Positions 1 to 9,068 of a stretch of DNA of 35,632 bases are shown here, piece after piece. The position numbers and the translations under genes were made by a program. Under the pieces are notes generated by a model, which worked only from the letters and a program-made list of their open reading frames with translations, was not told the DNA's origin and searched no databases. Position 1 is the stretch's first letter. Every line of letters begins with the position of its first letter. The stretch is taken from the NCBI GenBank assembly GCA_964568335.1, contig CAZMQY010000003.1, positions 2,930 through 38,561 of the forward strand, written 5' to 3'. Source of the DNA: an uncultured Clostridium sp. (GTDB taxonomy: Bacteria > Bacillota > Clostridia > Clostridiales > Clostridiaceae).

Positions 1-367
1 AGGCTACAAAACCAAAAACCACAAGAGCCTCTAAGAGCCCATGTATTGGTGCTGTGATTAGGGTTGTTTTTGAAAAAGAAACACCTTTACGCAATAGTAA
101 TGCTCCCACATAGCCCACAATTATGTGCATTAAACCTCTTGCTCCAACTATTGGACCCTTTGTTATAAAAAAACCTAAAGCAGAACCTAAACCTGCCATT
201 ACTGCTGCACCAGGACCTAAAAACATAGATAAAAACATTGGAACATGCGCTGTTAAAGTCGCCGTAAATGGCCCTAAGGTTACACTCATAAAACCAAATA
301 CAAAAGGAATTATAATTGCCCACGCCGTTAAAAGCGCTGTTGTAGTTAATTTTTTTACATCCTTCAT
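1..367 (-). CDS. niaX: ECF transporter S component, NiaX-like niacin transporter (3' end outside window; missing from the ORF track)
   Basis: Manual translation from ATG at 367: MKDVKKLTTTALLTAWAIIIPFVFGFMSVTLGPFTATLTAHVPMFLSMFLGPGAAVMAGLGSALGFF..., open to the window edge. Hydrophobic, with the NiaX-like 'TATLxxHVP' motif, RBS GGAGGGG and a NiaR-like operator upstream. Confidence 0.75.
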   Translation of the reverse strand, partial: MKDVKKLTTTALLTAWAIIIPFVFGFMSVTLGPFTATLTAHVPMFLSMFLGPGAAVMAGLGSALGFFITKGPIVGARGLMHIIVGYVGALLLRKGVSFSKTTLITAPIHGLLEALVVFGFVA

Positions 368-381
368 TTTACCCCTCCGAT

Positions 382-403
382 TACATCTGTATATACACAA
401 GTA
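382..403. promoter_or_regulatory. Candidate NiaR (YrxA) operator
   Basis: 22-bp imperfect palindrome TACATCTGTATATACACAAGTA (18/22 symmetric), resembling the Firmicute NiaR motif. It overlaps the -10 of the niaX promoter. Confidence 0.7.
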
Positions 404-428
404 TATATTATGTTCTCAAAATTGTAAA
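400..428 (-). promoter_or_regulatory. sigma-A promoter of niaX
   Basis: Minus strand TTTACA-17 nt-TATACT. Confidence 0.6.
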
Positions 429-437
429 GACAAAATT

Positions 438-463
438 AAAGGAATAGTTTCACAACTATTCCT
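438..463 (-). terminator. Intrinsic terminator after def
   Basis: AGGAATAGTT-tcac-AACTATTCCT hairpin, followed by a T-rich tract on the minus strand. Confidence 0.65.
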
Positions 464-926
464 ACTCCTCTATCTTATACATCTTTTTAGCTCTATCTGT
501 GTATAATATTCCATCAAGATGGTCTATCTCATGACAAAAAGCCTTGGCAAGAAACCCTTCTGCTGTATATTCAACCTTATCTCCTGTTACACTTAACCCT
601 TGAACAGTTACCTTTTTAGGTCTTACCACCTTCCCCTCGTATCCTGGATAGCTTAAGCAGCCCTCGATTTCTTCTTCTTTTCCTACTTTAGCTACAATTA
701 CTGGGTTAATTAATATTATCGGTGCATTACCTTCTCTTAAATCTATCATTATCACTTTTTTGAGTATCCCTATCTGTGGAGCTGCCAACCCTACTCCAGT
801 TGTGCTATATAAGGTATCTTTCATATCTTCAATTAAATCTATTATATCTTTATCTATATTTTCTACTCTTCTGCTTACCTTCTTTAATTTTGGATTTCCA
901 AATTTTAATATTTCCTTAACTGCCAT
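462..926 (-). CDS. def: Peptide deformylase
   Basis: GVGLAAPQIG, EGCLS and HEIDH motifs. Confidence 0.97.
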   Translation of the reverse strand: MAVKEILKFGNPKLKKVSRRVENIDKDIIDLIEDMKDTLYSTTGVGLAAPQIGILKKVIMIDLREGNAPIILINPVIVAKVGKEEEIEGCLSYPGYEGKVVRPKKVTVQGLSVTGDKVEYTAEGFLAKAFCHEIDHLDGILYTDRAKKMYKIEE

Positions 927-947
927 ACATCCTCCTGTATATAGTGT

Positions 948-2645
948 CTATAGATTTTCTTTATTAATAATATTTGTTATATCTATTATATTATTAACCT
1001 GATTTTCATCAAAAATCAAGTAGAAGTTTCCTTCTATTAGCTCTCCGCTTTCTATAAACTTAAATATATTGAATTTAAAATATTCTAAATGGTATCTTTC
1101 AAAGGGTATGTCTATAAGACATTTTTTTATTGCTTCTTTAACATTTCTTTCTAGTGTTTTGTTTATTACTCTATTGAGAAAGTCCGGAATCCATTTTTTT
1201 TTATTAAACTTCAAATAATCGAATTTAACTATTTCTTTTAAAACCTCGTTATCTCCTTGTAAAACTTCCTTATTAAACTCTAAGAAAACTTTATAATAAT
1301 CGGTAGAAGCTATATTTCTATTAAAGTATCCTTTTTCATAAAAAAAGTTTCCTAAACTCAGATAAAAATTAAAAGGAGTTTCAAATTTAAACATAAAAAA
1401 CTTTATAATGGTATTGAACTTTTGAGAGTTATAGTATTTATCCACCATCTCTTCAGCTCTTTTAAGGAGCAGAAGCTCTTCATAGCTTATATCTTTAGTT
1501 TTAAGCACCTCATAGGGGGTAAATGGCGAATGTATTATGCCCCACTTCTCCGCTTCTGCTTCCATTGGAGACCCTTTTAATACCTTTAAAAACCCCAACT
1601 GAATTTCATCAGGTTCTATGCTGTAAATTTCATTGAAGGAATTTTTAAAAGACTCAAAATTCTCCCCAGGAAGTCCAGCTATTAAGTCTAAATGCTGCAT
1701 TATATTGTTATGTTTTTTTAGTTCAACTACCTGTTGTTTTATCTCGTTAAATTTTACAAATCTATTTATATTTACTAGTACCTCATTATTTGTTGTTTGA
1801 ACCCCCACTTCAAATTGGAATCTTCCTTTAGGGGCTTTTGCTAAAAGTTGAAGCTGCTCGTCATTCAAAAGATTGGCTGATATTTCAAAGTGAAATGTAG
1901 TTTCTGTATTCTGACTCATTAAATACTTCCATATTCCCATGGAAAACTGAGCGCTGCAGTTGAAGGTTCTATCAACAAACTTTACTAGTCTAACCTTCTT
2001 ATCTATTAAAAACTTAAGCTCTTTTTTTACTCTGTCAATATTTAAAAATCTTACACCCCGAATGGTTGAGGAAAGACAATATTTACAATTAAACGGACAG
2101 CCTCTTGAGGCCTCATAGTAAATAATTTTATTGTCCAAATCCTCCTCCTCTGTATATGGGAACACAAGGTTATTTATATCCATAAGTGCTCTTGGTCCTC
2201 CATAAGTAGGCTCTTCACCGACTTTATGATATAAAGCTCTTATATTGTTGAGCTTTACTCCATTAATTAAGCACTGTATAAATTCTCTATAGGTTTCCTC
2301 ACCTTCCCCCTCGATTATATAGTCTGCCGAACTGTTTTTCAAAACCTCTTTACTGTTAAAAGAAACCTCCGGTCCTCCATAAAGAATTTTAATACGACTA
2401 TCTATAAGTTTAAGGGTTTTTGCCAACTGTTCAACATACTGCATATTCCAAATATAACAAGAAAAAGCCACAAGATCTGGTTTCTTATAATATATTTCCT
2501 CAACAACTCTTTCAGGTCTATCATTTATAGAAAACTCCATTGTTTGGCAATCATAGCTTAAATCTTCTGTGTACGCCTTCAAGTATCTTATCGCTAAATT
2601 GCTGTGAACGAATTTTGAATTTATTCCTACTAGCACTGTTTTCAT
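948..2645 (-). CDS. B12-binding domain radical SAM protein (C-terminal DUF4080-like domain)
   Basis: N-terminal cobalamin-binding region (FSCYIWN, YGGPEVS, GEGE) and CxxxCxxC in SRGCPFNCKYC. Confidence 0.9.
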   Translation of the reverse strand: MKTVLVGINSKFVHSNLAIRYLKAYTEDLSYDCQTMEFSINDRPERVVEEIYYKKPDLVAFSCYIWNMQYVEQLAKTLKLIDSRIKILYGGPEVSFNSKEVLKNSSADYIIEGEGEETYREFIQCLINGVKLNNIRALYHKVGEEPTYGGPRALMDINNLVFPYTEEEDLDNKIIYYEASRGCPFNCKYCLSSTIRGVRFLNIDRVKKELKFLIDKKVRLVKFVDRTFNCSAQFSMGIWKYLMSQNTETTFHFEISANLLNDEQLQLLAKAPKGRFQFEVGVQTTNNEVLVNINRFVKFNEIKQQVVELKKHNNIMQHLDLIAGLPGENFESFKNSFNEIYSIEPDEIQLGFLKVLKGSPMEAEAEKWGIIHSPFTPYEVLKTKDISYEELLLLKRAEEMVDKYYNSQKFNTIIKFFMFKFETPFNFYLSLGNFFYEKGYFNRNIASTDYYKVFLEFNKEVLQGDNEVLKEIVKFDYLKFNKKKWIPDFLNRVINKTLERNVKEAIKKCLIDIPFERYHLEYFKFNIFKFIESGELIEGNFYLIFDENQVNNIIDITNIINKENL

Positions 2646-3228
2646 CTTCAGAATTTCCTTTCACCTTTTGTTGTATCTGACTAATATCAGATGCGGGCTT
2701 TAATCTCTTTTTTGCCTTAATATAGTATACATTATCATAGGACATAAAATCAATTATTTCAAAATACTGCTTCATGAGTTTCATTGTGCTTTCTTTGGAA
2801 GAATCCTTAAACACATTAAAATCAGTAATAATTATTTCCTTAACATTATCCTCCGGGAGTAAAATCTTAATTTTACCCTTAAAAAACCTTGAATAATTTT
2901 TATCTATATCCCATAGGTGTATTACTCCATCCTGCCGCAAATATTCATCTATATCCTTAAATAAATTTCTTCTATTGGTCTTTAGCCATATATTGCTTAA
3001 TGAAAATAATAATATACAGCTGTCATAGCCCTCTTTTTCAATGAATTTCCTTTCTCCCCTGCCTTGTACATAATCTATACAAGCTTCTTTATTTTGAAGT
3101 TTGTATAGATTATAAATAATTCCATAATTATCCAAACCTACATCAAGTATGTCGCCTATAAGCACTTCTTTTCGCATGTCTATATATATATCTTTGTTAA
3201 CATTATATGAAAGCTCAAATTTCATCAA
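2551..3228 (-). CDS. Class I SAM-dependent methyltransferase-like protein
   Basis: ILDVG motif I-like segment, YDSCIL and LRQDGVIHLWD; RBS AGGAAGG. Start is TTG 3228 or ATG 3225. The 3' end overlaps the radical SAM gene by 95 bp. Confidence 0.6.
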   Translation of the reverse strand: MMKFELSYNVNKDIYIDMRKEVLIGDILDVGLDNYGIIYNLYKLQNKEACIDYVQGRGERKFIEKEGYDSCILLFSLSNIWLKTNRRNLFKDIDEYLRQDGVIHLWDIDKNYSRFFKGKIKILLPEDNVKEIIITDFNVFKDSSKESTMKLMKQYFEIIDFMSYDNVYYIKAKKRLKPASDISQIQQKVKGNSEDENSASRNKFKIRSQQFSDKILEGVHRRFKL

Positions 3229-3283
3229 ATACGCCTTCCTCTCTTACACTCTAATTACTATATTTATTTCTACAAATAAAAAA

Positions 3284-3310
3284 TAATTCCTCCATAATAT
3301 GGAAGAATTA
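3284..3310 (-). terminator. Probable terminator after the phospholipase C-like gene
   Basis: TAATTCCTCCATA/TATGGAAGAATTA inverted repeat, with a T run following on the minus strand. Confidence 0.5.
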
Positions 3311-3317
3311 TCAATAT

Positions 3318-4034
3318 TTATCGTATTTTTTCTTTTGGTTTTACAGTATCATAGTAATCTAGCAAAAAACCAGCAGTACTGTTTTGAGCTTCCTTTATAA
3401 TAGCTGCTGCTATCTTACCATATCTCTCTTCTCTATCTTTAATAGGTAGATATTTCAAATAAATATTATTTGAAATTAGCGCATTATTTTTTATATAATC
3501 ATCTACAGATTTGTATCTTATTATTCCCTTATCTATTAAAAAGCTGTAGTCTGACATAAACCTTTTAATTATCCACAATTCAAAGTTTCTATGGCTATCC
3601 AGTAATCTGTTATTTACATGATGGGGTACAGTCATATCCTGCACAAGGTGGCAGCAAGCTCCCAGATAAAAAAAGGCTTTATCTATCTCTCCAAGCTTCA
3701 TATACGCTAAGGATTTACTGTAATATCTTTTACATTCCATTAGAGCATTTGAAAAGCCATATAGGCCTTTTCCTTTACTAAAGTGATAAAAATGATTAGA
3801 GCTTTTAAAATCCTGATCTGCCCAAGATACACCTTCATTCAAAGGCTTAATATACTCTTTAAAATAATCATGTTCTTTTATAAAGCTTTCATTTCTCAAA
3901 ATTGCAATAGCCTGCATATTTATAAACTTATGTATAGTGCAATGAGTTTTAATTATCTTTTTCTTTATAGGATTTAAGGTGTGCATTACACCCCTTAAAG
4001 CTTTTCCGTAGGTTTTTTCAATTCTCTCTCCCAT
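3318..4034 (-). CDS. Zinc-dependent phospholipase C family protein
   Basis: Zn-ligand pattern H..H (THCTIH), WADQD..NHFY, HLVQD..VPHH and HRNFE. No obvious signal peptide. Confidence 0.85.
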   Translation of the reverse strand: MGERIEKTYGKALRGVMHTLNPIKKKIIKTHCTIHKFINMQAIAILRNESFIKEHDYFKEYIKPLNEGVSWADQDFKSSNHFYHFSKGKGLYGFSNALMECKRYYSKSLAYMKLGEIDKAFFYLGACCHLVQDMTVPHHVNNRLLDSHRNFELWIIKRFMSDYSFLIDKGIIRYKSVDDYIKNNALISNNIYLKYLPIKDREERYGKIAAAIIKEAQNSTAGFLLDYYDTVKPKEKIR

Positions 4035-4101
4035 GTAAGAACACTTTCCTTCCCTTGTTAATGGAATAACTGCATGTAAGTCTCCTGCCTATATATACTA
4101 A

Positions 4102-5409
4102 TTATTTTTGCTTATCAGAATTAAACTTCCATATTAGAATTATAATAGCTATAAGTACTACCCCTATTAAATAATACAGAATAGGCTTGCTTATAGTAAT
4201 TAGCCCCTGCAATTTATTAGTGTTAATACTGTAGAGTACTCCTTGTGGGCTATCTAGTACAAACATATTTCCACTTGCTATTTTAAGGCTAGAAATACTT
4301 GCTTCAGCTTTAAACAAAGCTTTTTCACTTAACAATCCAGACTTTGTTAAACCATATATCATATTATCTCTGGTATCGTAAAAATATATGCAGTCCTTTT
4401 CCCCAAGAGTACCTTTAGCATCAACTTCTATTGAGCCTAAAGCTGAAAGTGATTTATGAATATACATGGGAGCTGGTGGATTTGTTGTAGGATGATTATC
4501 CAATATAAAGCTTAGCCTGGTATTATTATCACTTTTAAATCTAGGTGAAGTAACAGGGTCTCCTCCACTATAATCTGGCCAGCCATACCATAAGCCTTTT
4601 TTAATTTCATATATGTAATCCACATCACCTTTAACAGGTCTTAGCCCTCTGTCCTCCATTCCTCCAACAGCAGCAATGATTTTTCCTTCACTATTAAAAG
4701 ACATTCCTTTAATATTTCTTATCCCCCAAGCAAAGGTCTCAGAAGCTCCACTACTTAAGCTGTAATTTATGATAGATGCATTTCCCGGAAAGTGGCCTGG
4801 TACAAGCTGCCCTGATAAATTTTTCGTCTTATAAGGAACAAAAGCTCCTGTTTTTTCATTTCCAAAATTTTTCCCCTTAATAGTTATGTCTTTAGGTGAA
4901 ATGTCATAGTTAAAAGGATTAGCTTCAAGCCATTTATTGTCATCACCTACAATTGCAGAGTTTGTAGCAGCGCCAACAGTTATGTACAGTTCTCCACCTT
5001 TTACTTTTATTAGGCTGTCTTTGTAGTCACCATAGTTTGGGAGATTTTCAAGCAATATCTTTTGCTCCTTTTTATTTATATCATAACAGATTACCTTGCT
5101 TCCAGCTATAAAGTAAAGCTTGTCATCCTTATAATCTATGGATTTAATGTTTATAGCGTTATCCTTTAAAATATCAAAGCTTTTCCCACTGCTGTCTATG
5201 TACTGTATCTTGTCCCTATAAGCAATATAAAACCCACCTTGTTTGTCCAATGTAAAATCAACAGCATTTTTAATTCCTTTGTATTTTATACTCCAGCCCA
5301 TTTTATTATCCTTTATAGTAATATCAGCTTGACTATAGGAATTCTTTAAAAAAAGTATTAGTATAAAAAAAATACTCCCAACTAAAATAACCTTTAATAA
5401 GTTTCTCAT
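4102..5409 (-). CDS. Membrane-anchored glucose/sorbosone dehydrogenase-like (PQQ-type) beta-propeller protein
   Basis: LYITVGAATNS, WGIRN..GM.F and WYGWPDY motifs; N-terminal and C-terminal hydrophobic helices. Confidence 0.7.
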   Translation of the reverse strand: MRNLLKVILVGSIFFILILFLKNSYSQADITIKDNKMGWSIKYKGIKNAVDFTLDKQGGFYIAYRDKIQYIDSSGKSFDILKDNAINIKSIDYKDDKLYFIAGSKVICYDINKKEQKILLENLPNYGDYKDSLIKVKGGELYITVGAATNSAIVGDDNKWLEANPFNYDISPKDITIKGKNFGNEKTGAFVPYKTKNLSGQLVPGHFPGNASIINYSLSSGASETFAWGIRNIKGMSFNSEGKIIAAVGGMEDRGLRPVKGDVDYIYEIKKGLWYGWPDYSGGDPVTSPRFKSDNNTRLSFILDNHPTTNPPAPMYIHKSLSALGSIEVDAKGTLGEKDCIYFYDTRDNMIYGLTKSGLLSEKALFKAEASISSLKIASGNMFVLDSPQGVLYSINTNKLQGLITISKPILYYLIGVVLIAIIILIWKFNSDKQK

Positions 5410-5511
5410 AATTCCCCCATATTCAATACGTATTGTTCTTATTTATATATATTTCTTGAAATGAAGGTATATGTGCATTATGAACAAACAATTCCTTTAA
5501 AGTTGCTAGAT

Positions 5512-6072
5512 TTAATTACACAGCAGTACTATATGTTGCATTTCTACAGACTCTAAGACCTTTAACACTTCTTTTACAGCCTCACTTCCTACGGAGTTCA
5601 TGTATTTTCTATAATATTCTACAGCGTGCTTCTCTCTAAGCTTTGCTTGTTCTAGCAGCAATTCATCCTTGTCATATTTGTCATAACTAATGTCCTTAAG
5701 CTTTGGAATCTCTTTAAAAGCTCCTAATCTCTGGTGTACAATAGCATGTACATATTCTATGCGGGCCAACCCCTTAAACATATCCTTAATTTTACTGTCT
5801 TTTGCGAGCTCAGCTGCTTTTTTATAAAAGTCGGCGTTAAAAAGCTCTAACTTAAATGCATGATCTAATATCTTTAATGTATTGCTGTCAATTTCTGCAA
5901 CTTCACCTATACTGCAGAGATTTGCTTCCTCTACTAAATAACTTTTGCCTGCTCCACAGAATGGACAAAATTCAATAGCGTGCTCATTATTTTTTCCAGC
6001 AAAAGCAGCACTGTTACTATTCATATTCTTGTTATTTATCTCCATTCCACATATACAACATAATAGTTTCAT
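5512..6072 (-). CDS. Rubredoxin-like plus ferritin-like protein (reverse-rubrerythrin architecture)
   Basis: N-terminal CCICG...CPFCGA; C-terminal diiron motifs E..(EYVH) and E..(EMQH). Confidence 0.8.
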   Translation of the reverse strand: MKLLCCICGMEINNKNMNSNSAAFAGKNNEHAIEFCPFCGAGKSYLVEEANLCSIGEVAEIDSNTLKILDHAFKLELFNADFYKKAAELAKDSKIKDMFKGLARIEYVHAIVHQRLGAFKEIPKLKDISYDKYDKDELLLEQAKLREKHAVEYYRKYMNSVGSEAVKEVLKVLESVEMQHIVLLCN

Positions 6073-6376
6073 GTTATCCTCTCCCTTCTACCTATATTTT
6101 ATATAAATAATGTTGAATATTCCAGCTTACTCTTATACAAATATTCATATTTAATAGTTAGCCTCTCTAAAAATCAGGCTTTAATATTTTCAGAGCTAAT
6201 AATTTGACATATTTCTTTTAAATATTATATTTTATGCAATATTTCTTTTAATTTTTTAAAATTAACTTTACATATTTAAATCATTTTTGATAATATTATA
6301 GTGTAGTTGCAACGTAGTTAATAATTTTTTCATTACCAGCCTATAATAAACTAATTTTTTAAGGAGGATTTTAAAA

Positions 6377-7492
6377 ATGAAAGACCCTAGAATTGTAACT
6401 TTAGCTAAAAACCTCATCAATTATTCCTGCGAACTAAAAAAAGGAGAAAAGGTTCTTATAGAAGCTGTAGGACTTGAAACACCACTTGTTACTGAACTTG
6501 TTAATCAGGCTTATTTAGCTGGAGCAATACCATTTGTAACAATAAAAGATAAAGAAGTAGACAGATCTCTTCTTATGAATTGCTCAGAAGAGCAGCTTCA
6601 GATGATGGCAAAATATGAGTCAGCTAGAATGTCCGACATGAATGCTTACATAGGAATTAGAGCAGGAAATAATATGACAGAAACCTCTGATGTTCCTGGA
6701 GAAAATATGTCCTTATATATGAAACATTTTTGGAGTCCAGTACATGGCGGCATAAGAGTACCAAAAACAAAATGGGTAGTACTAAGATATCCTAATTATT
6801 CAATGGCACAGGCTGCTGGAACAAGTACTGAGGCCTTTGAAGATTTCTATTTTGATGTTTGCAATTTAGACTACAGCAAGATGTCTATAGCTATGGATTC
6901 ACTTGTATCTCTCATGGAGAAAACTGATACGGTACGCATAACTGGAGCTGGAACCGATTTAAACTTCTCAATTAAGGGTATTCCTGCAATCAAATGCGAT
7001 GGAAAGCTGAATATTCCTGATGGCGAGGTTTATAGTGCTCCTGTGAAGAATTCCGTTAATGGATATATAACATATAATACCCCTGCTGTATACAATGGCT
7101 TCACCTATGAAAACATAAAACTAGAATTTAAAGATGGAAAGATAATAAATGCCACTGCTAATGATACAGAGAAAATAAACAAGGTGTTCAATACTGATGA
7201 AGGAGCCAGATATGTTGGTGAATTTGCCATAGGAGTAAATCCATTCATTTTAAAACCAATGAAGGATACTTTATTTGATGAAAAGATAGCAGGTTCCATC
7301 CACTTTACTCCTGGTGCATCCTATGATAATGCATTTAATGGTAACAAGTCCTCAGTTCATTGGGATTTAGTCTTCATTCAAAGACCTGAGTATGGTGGCG
7401 GAGAAATATATTTTGATGATGTATTAATTAGAAAAGATGGCATGTTTGTTGTAGATGAACTAAAGTGCTTAAATCCAGAAAATCTAAAATAG
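6377..7492 (+). CDS. Aminopeptidase, M29 (AmpS/PepS/aminopeptidase T) family
   Basis: NIPDGEVY, GEFAIG, LFDEKIAGSIHFTPG..Y and SSVHWD motifs; RBS AAGGAGG. Confidence 0.93.
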   Translation: MKDPRIVTLAKNLINYSCELKKGEKVLIEAVGLETPLVTELVNQAYLAGAIPFVTIKDKEVDRSLLMNCSEEQLQMMAKYESARMSDMNAYIGIRAGNNMTETSDVPGENMSLYMKHFWSPVHGGIRVPKTKWVVLRYPNYSMAQAAGTSTEAFEDFYFDVCNLDYSKMSIAMDSLVSLMEKTDTVRITGAGTDLNFSIKGIPAIKCDGKLNIPDGEVYSAPVKNSVNGYITYNTPAVYNGFTYENIKLEFKDGKIINATANDTEKINKVFNTDEGARYVGEFAIGVNPFILKPMKDTLFDEKIAGSIHFTPGASYDNAFNGNKSSVHWDLVFIQRPEYGGGEIYFDDVLIRKDGMFVVDELKCLNPENLK

Positions 7493-7510
7493 AAGAATAT
7501 AATTAAAACT

Positions 7511-7546
7511 CCCCACATAATTATTAATGTTACTAATTATGTGGGG
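7511..7546. terminator. Hairpin between the aminopeptidase gene and spoVB
   Basis: 13-bp perfect stem CCCCACATAATTA/TAATTATGTGGGG with a 10-nt loop, followed by TTGTTTT. Confidence 0.55.
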
Positions 7547-7553
7547 TTGTTTT

Positions 7554-9059
7554 ATGAAAAAAGATAATTTCTTTAAAGATTCACTTATACTAACCGCTTC
7601 AAATCTTACCACTGGAATTCTTGGATTTATATTTTCAATCATATTATCAAAGGAACTTGGGCCTGAAGGTATGGGATTATATGGGCTTGTGATGCCTATG
7701 TATAATCTTTTCATATGTTTAATATGCGGAGGTATGGTTACAGCTATCTCTAAAGTAGCAGCAGTCTACTTTAGTAAAAACGACCATAGAAACTTGAATA
7801 AATCTGTAGAGACAGCTTTGTTCTTTGACTTCATGTGGGCTATAATAGTATCTGTTTCATTCTTTATAGCTACTAACTTTATTAGCACTCATGTAATAAA
7901 GGATTCGAGAACTTTGTACTCATTAAAGATTATTGCACCAGCTCTAATATTTGTTGCTCTATCTGCAATACTCAAAGGCTATTTTTATGGCATATCTAAA
8001 GTTCAAATACCTGCTTTCATAGATATATTAGAAAAGGCTGTAAGAATTGCTGTAATTGTAACTATAATAAATATGCTTTCGACGCCAAGCGTAACAAATA
8101 CTGTTACTATTGCATACATAGCTCTCTGTGTAGGAGAATTTATCAGTCTCGCTTTATTGTACATATTTTATAGGATCAATAAAAAAAAGGCTAGCTTCAC
8201 AGTCTTCAAAAAAGAAGGCAGAGCTCAGCTGTTGTTTGATATTTTAATTGTTTCAGTTCCTCTAAGCTTAAACGGTTTTTTGTCTACTGCACTAAATACT
8301 GTTTCTACTTTAATTGTTCCAAGAAGATTGGTTAGTGCAGGTATAGAGTATAGTACCGCACTATCATTGATAGGTAAATTTTCAGGTATGTCTATGGCCA
8401 TAATATACTTTCCACTTATAATAGTAAACTCAATGGCAACAATACTTGTTCCCGACCTATCCCAAACAAAGGATAAAAATGACTACTTTGCAATGGAAAG
8501 CAGGATAACTCAAGTTATGAAAATTGCGTTTTTATTAGGGGTCTGCACAATGGTTATAAGCCTAAGTATTCCAAATGCTTTAGGAAAGCTTTTCTTCAAC
8601 AGAGCAGATCTTGGACAGTTTATAAAATTAGCTGCTTTATCTGCTCCACTAACCTATACCTCAGCAACTACCTTCGGTATTTTGAATGGGTTAGGTAAAC
8701 AAGGGATACTATTAAGAAATTCACTAATAGTTTCAGTTGAAGAAGTTATACTGCTTTATATTTTTACTGGAATTTCAAGCATAAATATCTTTGGCTTTGG
8801 GATATCACTTATTATAACATCCTTAACTTTATTAGTGTTAAATATTTATGAGATAAGGAAGCACTGTTATATTACAATGCCTATTGGCGAGTTATTCATA
8901 TACATATTATTAAGCTTATTAGTATTCTTTTTATTGACCATAGTAAACAATCTAATTCCAAATACTCTTTTTACACCGAAGTATGTATTAATTATAGCTG
9001 TTGGATTTATTACCTTCTTCTTAGCAGTAGCAATAATAAATAAGGAAAGCCGCATCTAG
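7554..9059 (+). CDS. spoVB: Stage V sporulation protein B (MOP-family lipid II flippase)
   Basis: About 14 transmembrane segments with ELGPEGMGLY, KGYFYG and LVPDLS motifs. The likely start is ATG 7554 (MKKDNF), not 7527. Confidence 0.8.
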   Translation: MKKDNFFKDSLILTASNLTTGILGFIFSIILSKELGPEGMGLYGLVMPMYNLFICLICGGMVTAISKVAAVYFSKNDHRNLNKSVETALFFDFMWAIIVSVSFFIATNFISTHVIKDSRTLYSLKIIAPALIFVALSAILKGYFYGISKVQIPAFIDILEKAVRIAVIVTIINMLSTPSVTNTVTIAYIALCVGEFISLALLYIFYRINKKKASFTVFKKEGRAQLLFDILIVSVPLSLNGFLSTALNTVSTLIVPRRLVSAGIEYSTALSLIGKFSGMSMAIIYFPLIIVNSMATILVPDLSQTKDKNDYFAMESRITQVMKIAFLLGVCTMVISLSIPNALGKLFFNRADLGQFIKLAALSAPLTYTSATTFGILNGLGKQGILLRNSLIVSVEEVILLYIFTGISSINIFGFGISLIITSLTLLVLNIYEIRKHCYITMPIGELFIYILLSLLVFFLLTIVNNLIPNTLFTPKYVLIIAVGFITFFLAVAIINKESRI

Positions 9060-9068
9060 GCTTTCCTT
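9042..9068. terminator. Bidirectional terminator between the convergent flippase genes
   Basis: AAGGAAAGCC-7 nt-GGCTTTCCTT. Confidence 0.75.

Noticed and set aside
87-506. ORF-track entries 87..323 (-) and 123..506 (+)
   Set aside because: Off-frame and antisense shadows of the niaX-like gene (1..367, minus strand).
6183-6251. CodY-like ATTTTCAGAG and a 13-bp direct repeat ATATTTCTTTTAA (6209 and 6239) upstream of the aminopeptidase
   Set aside because: Several mismatches to the CodY consensus in a very AT-rich region; cannot be told from chance by eye.
7527-7553. N-terminal extension of spoVB in the ORF track
   Set aside because: No RBS; it lies inside the hairpin, and the family-like sequence begins at MKKDNF.
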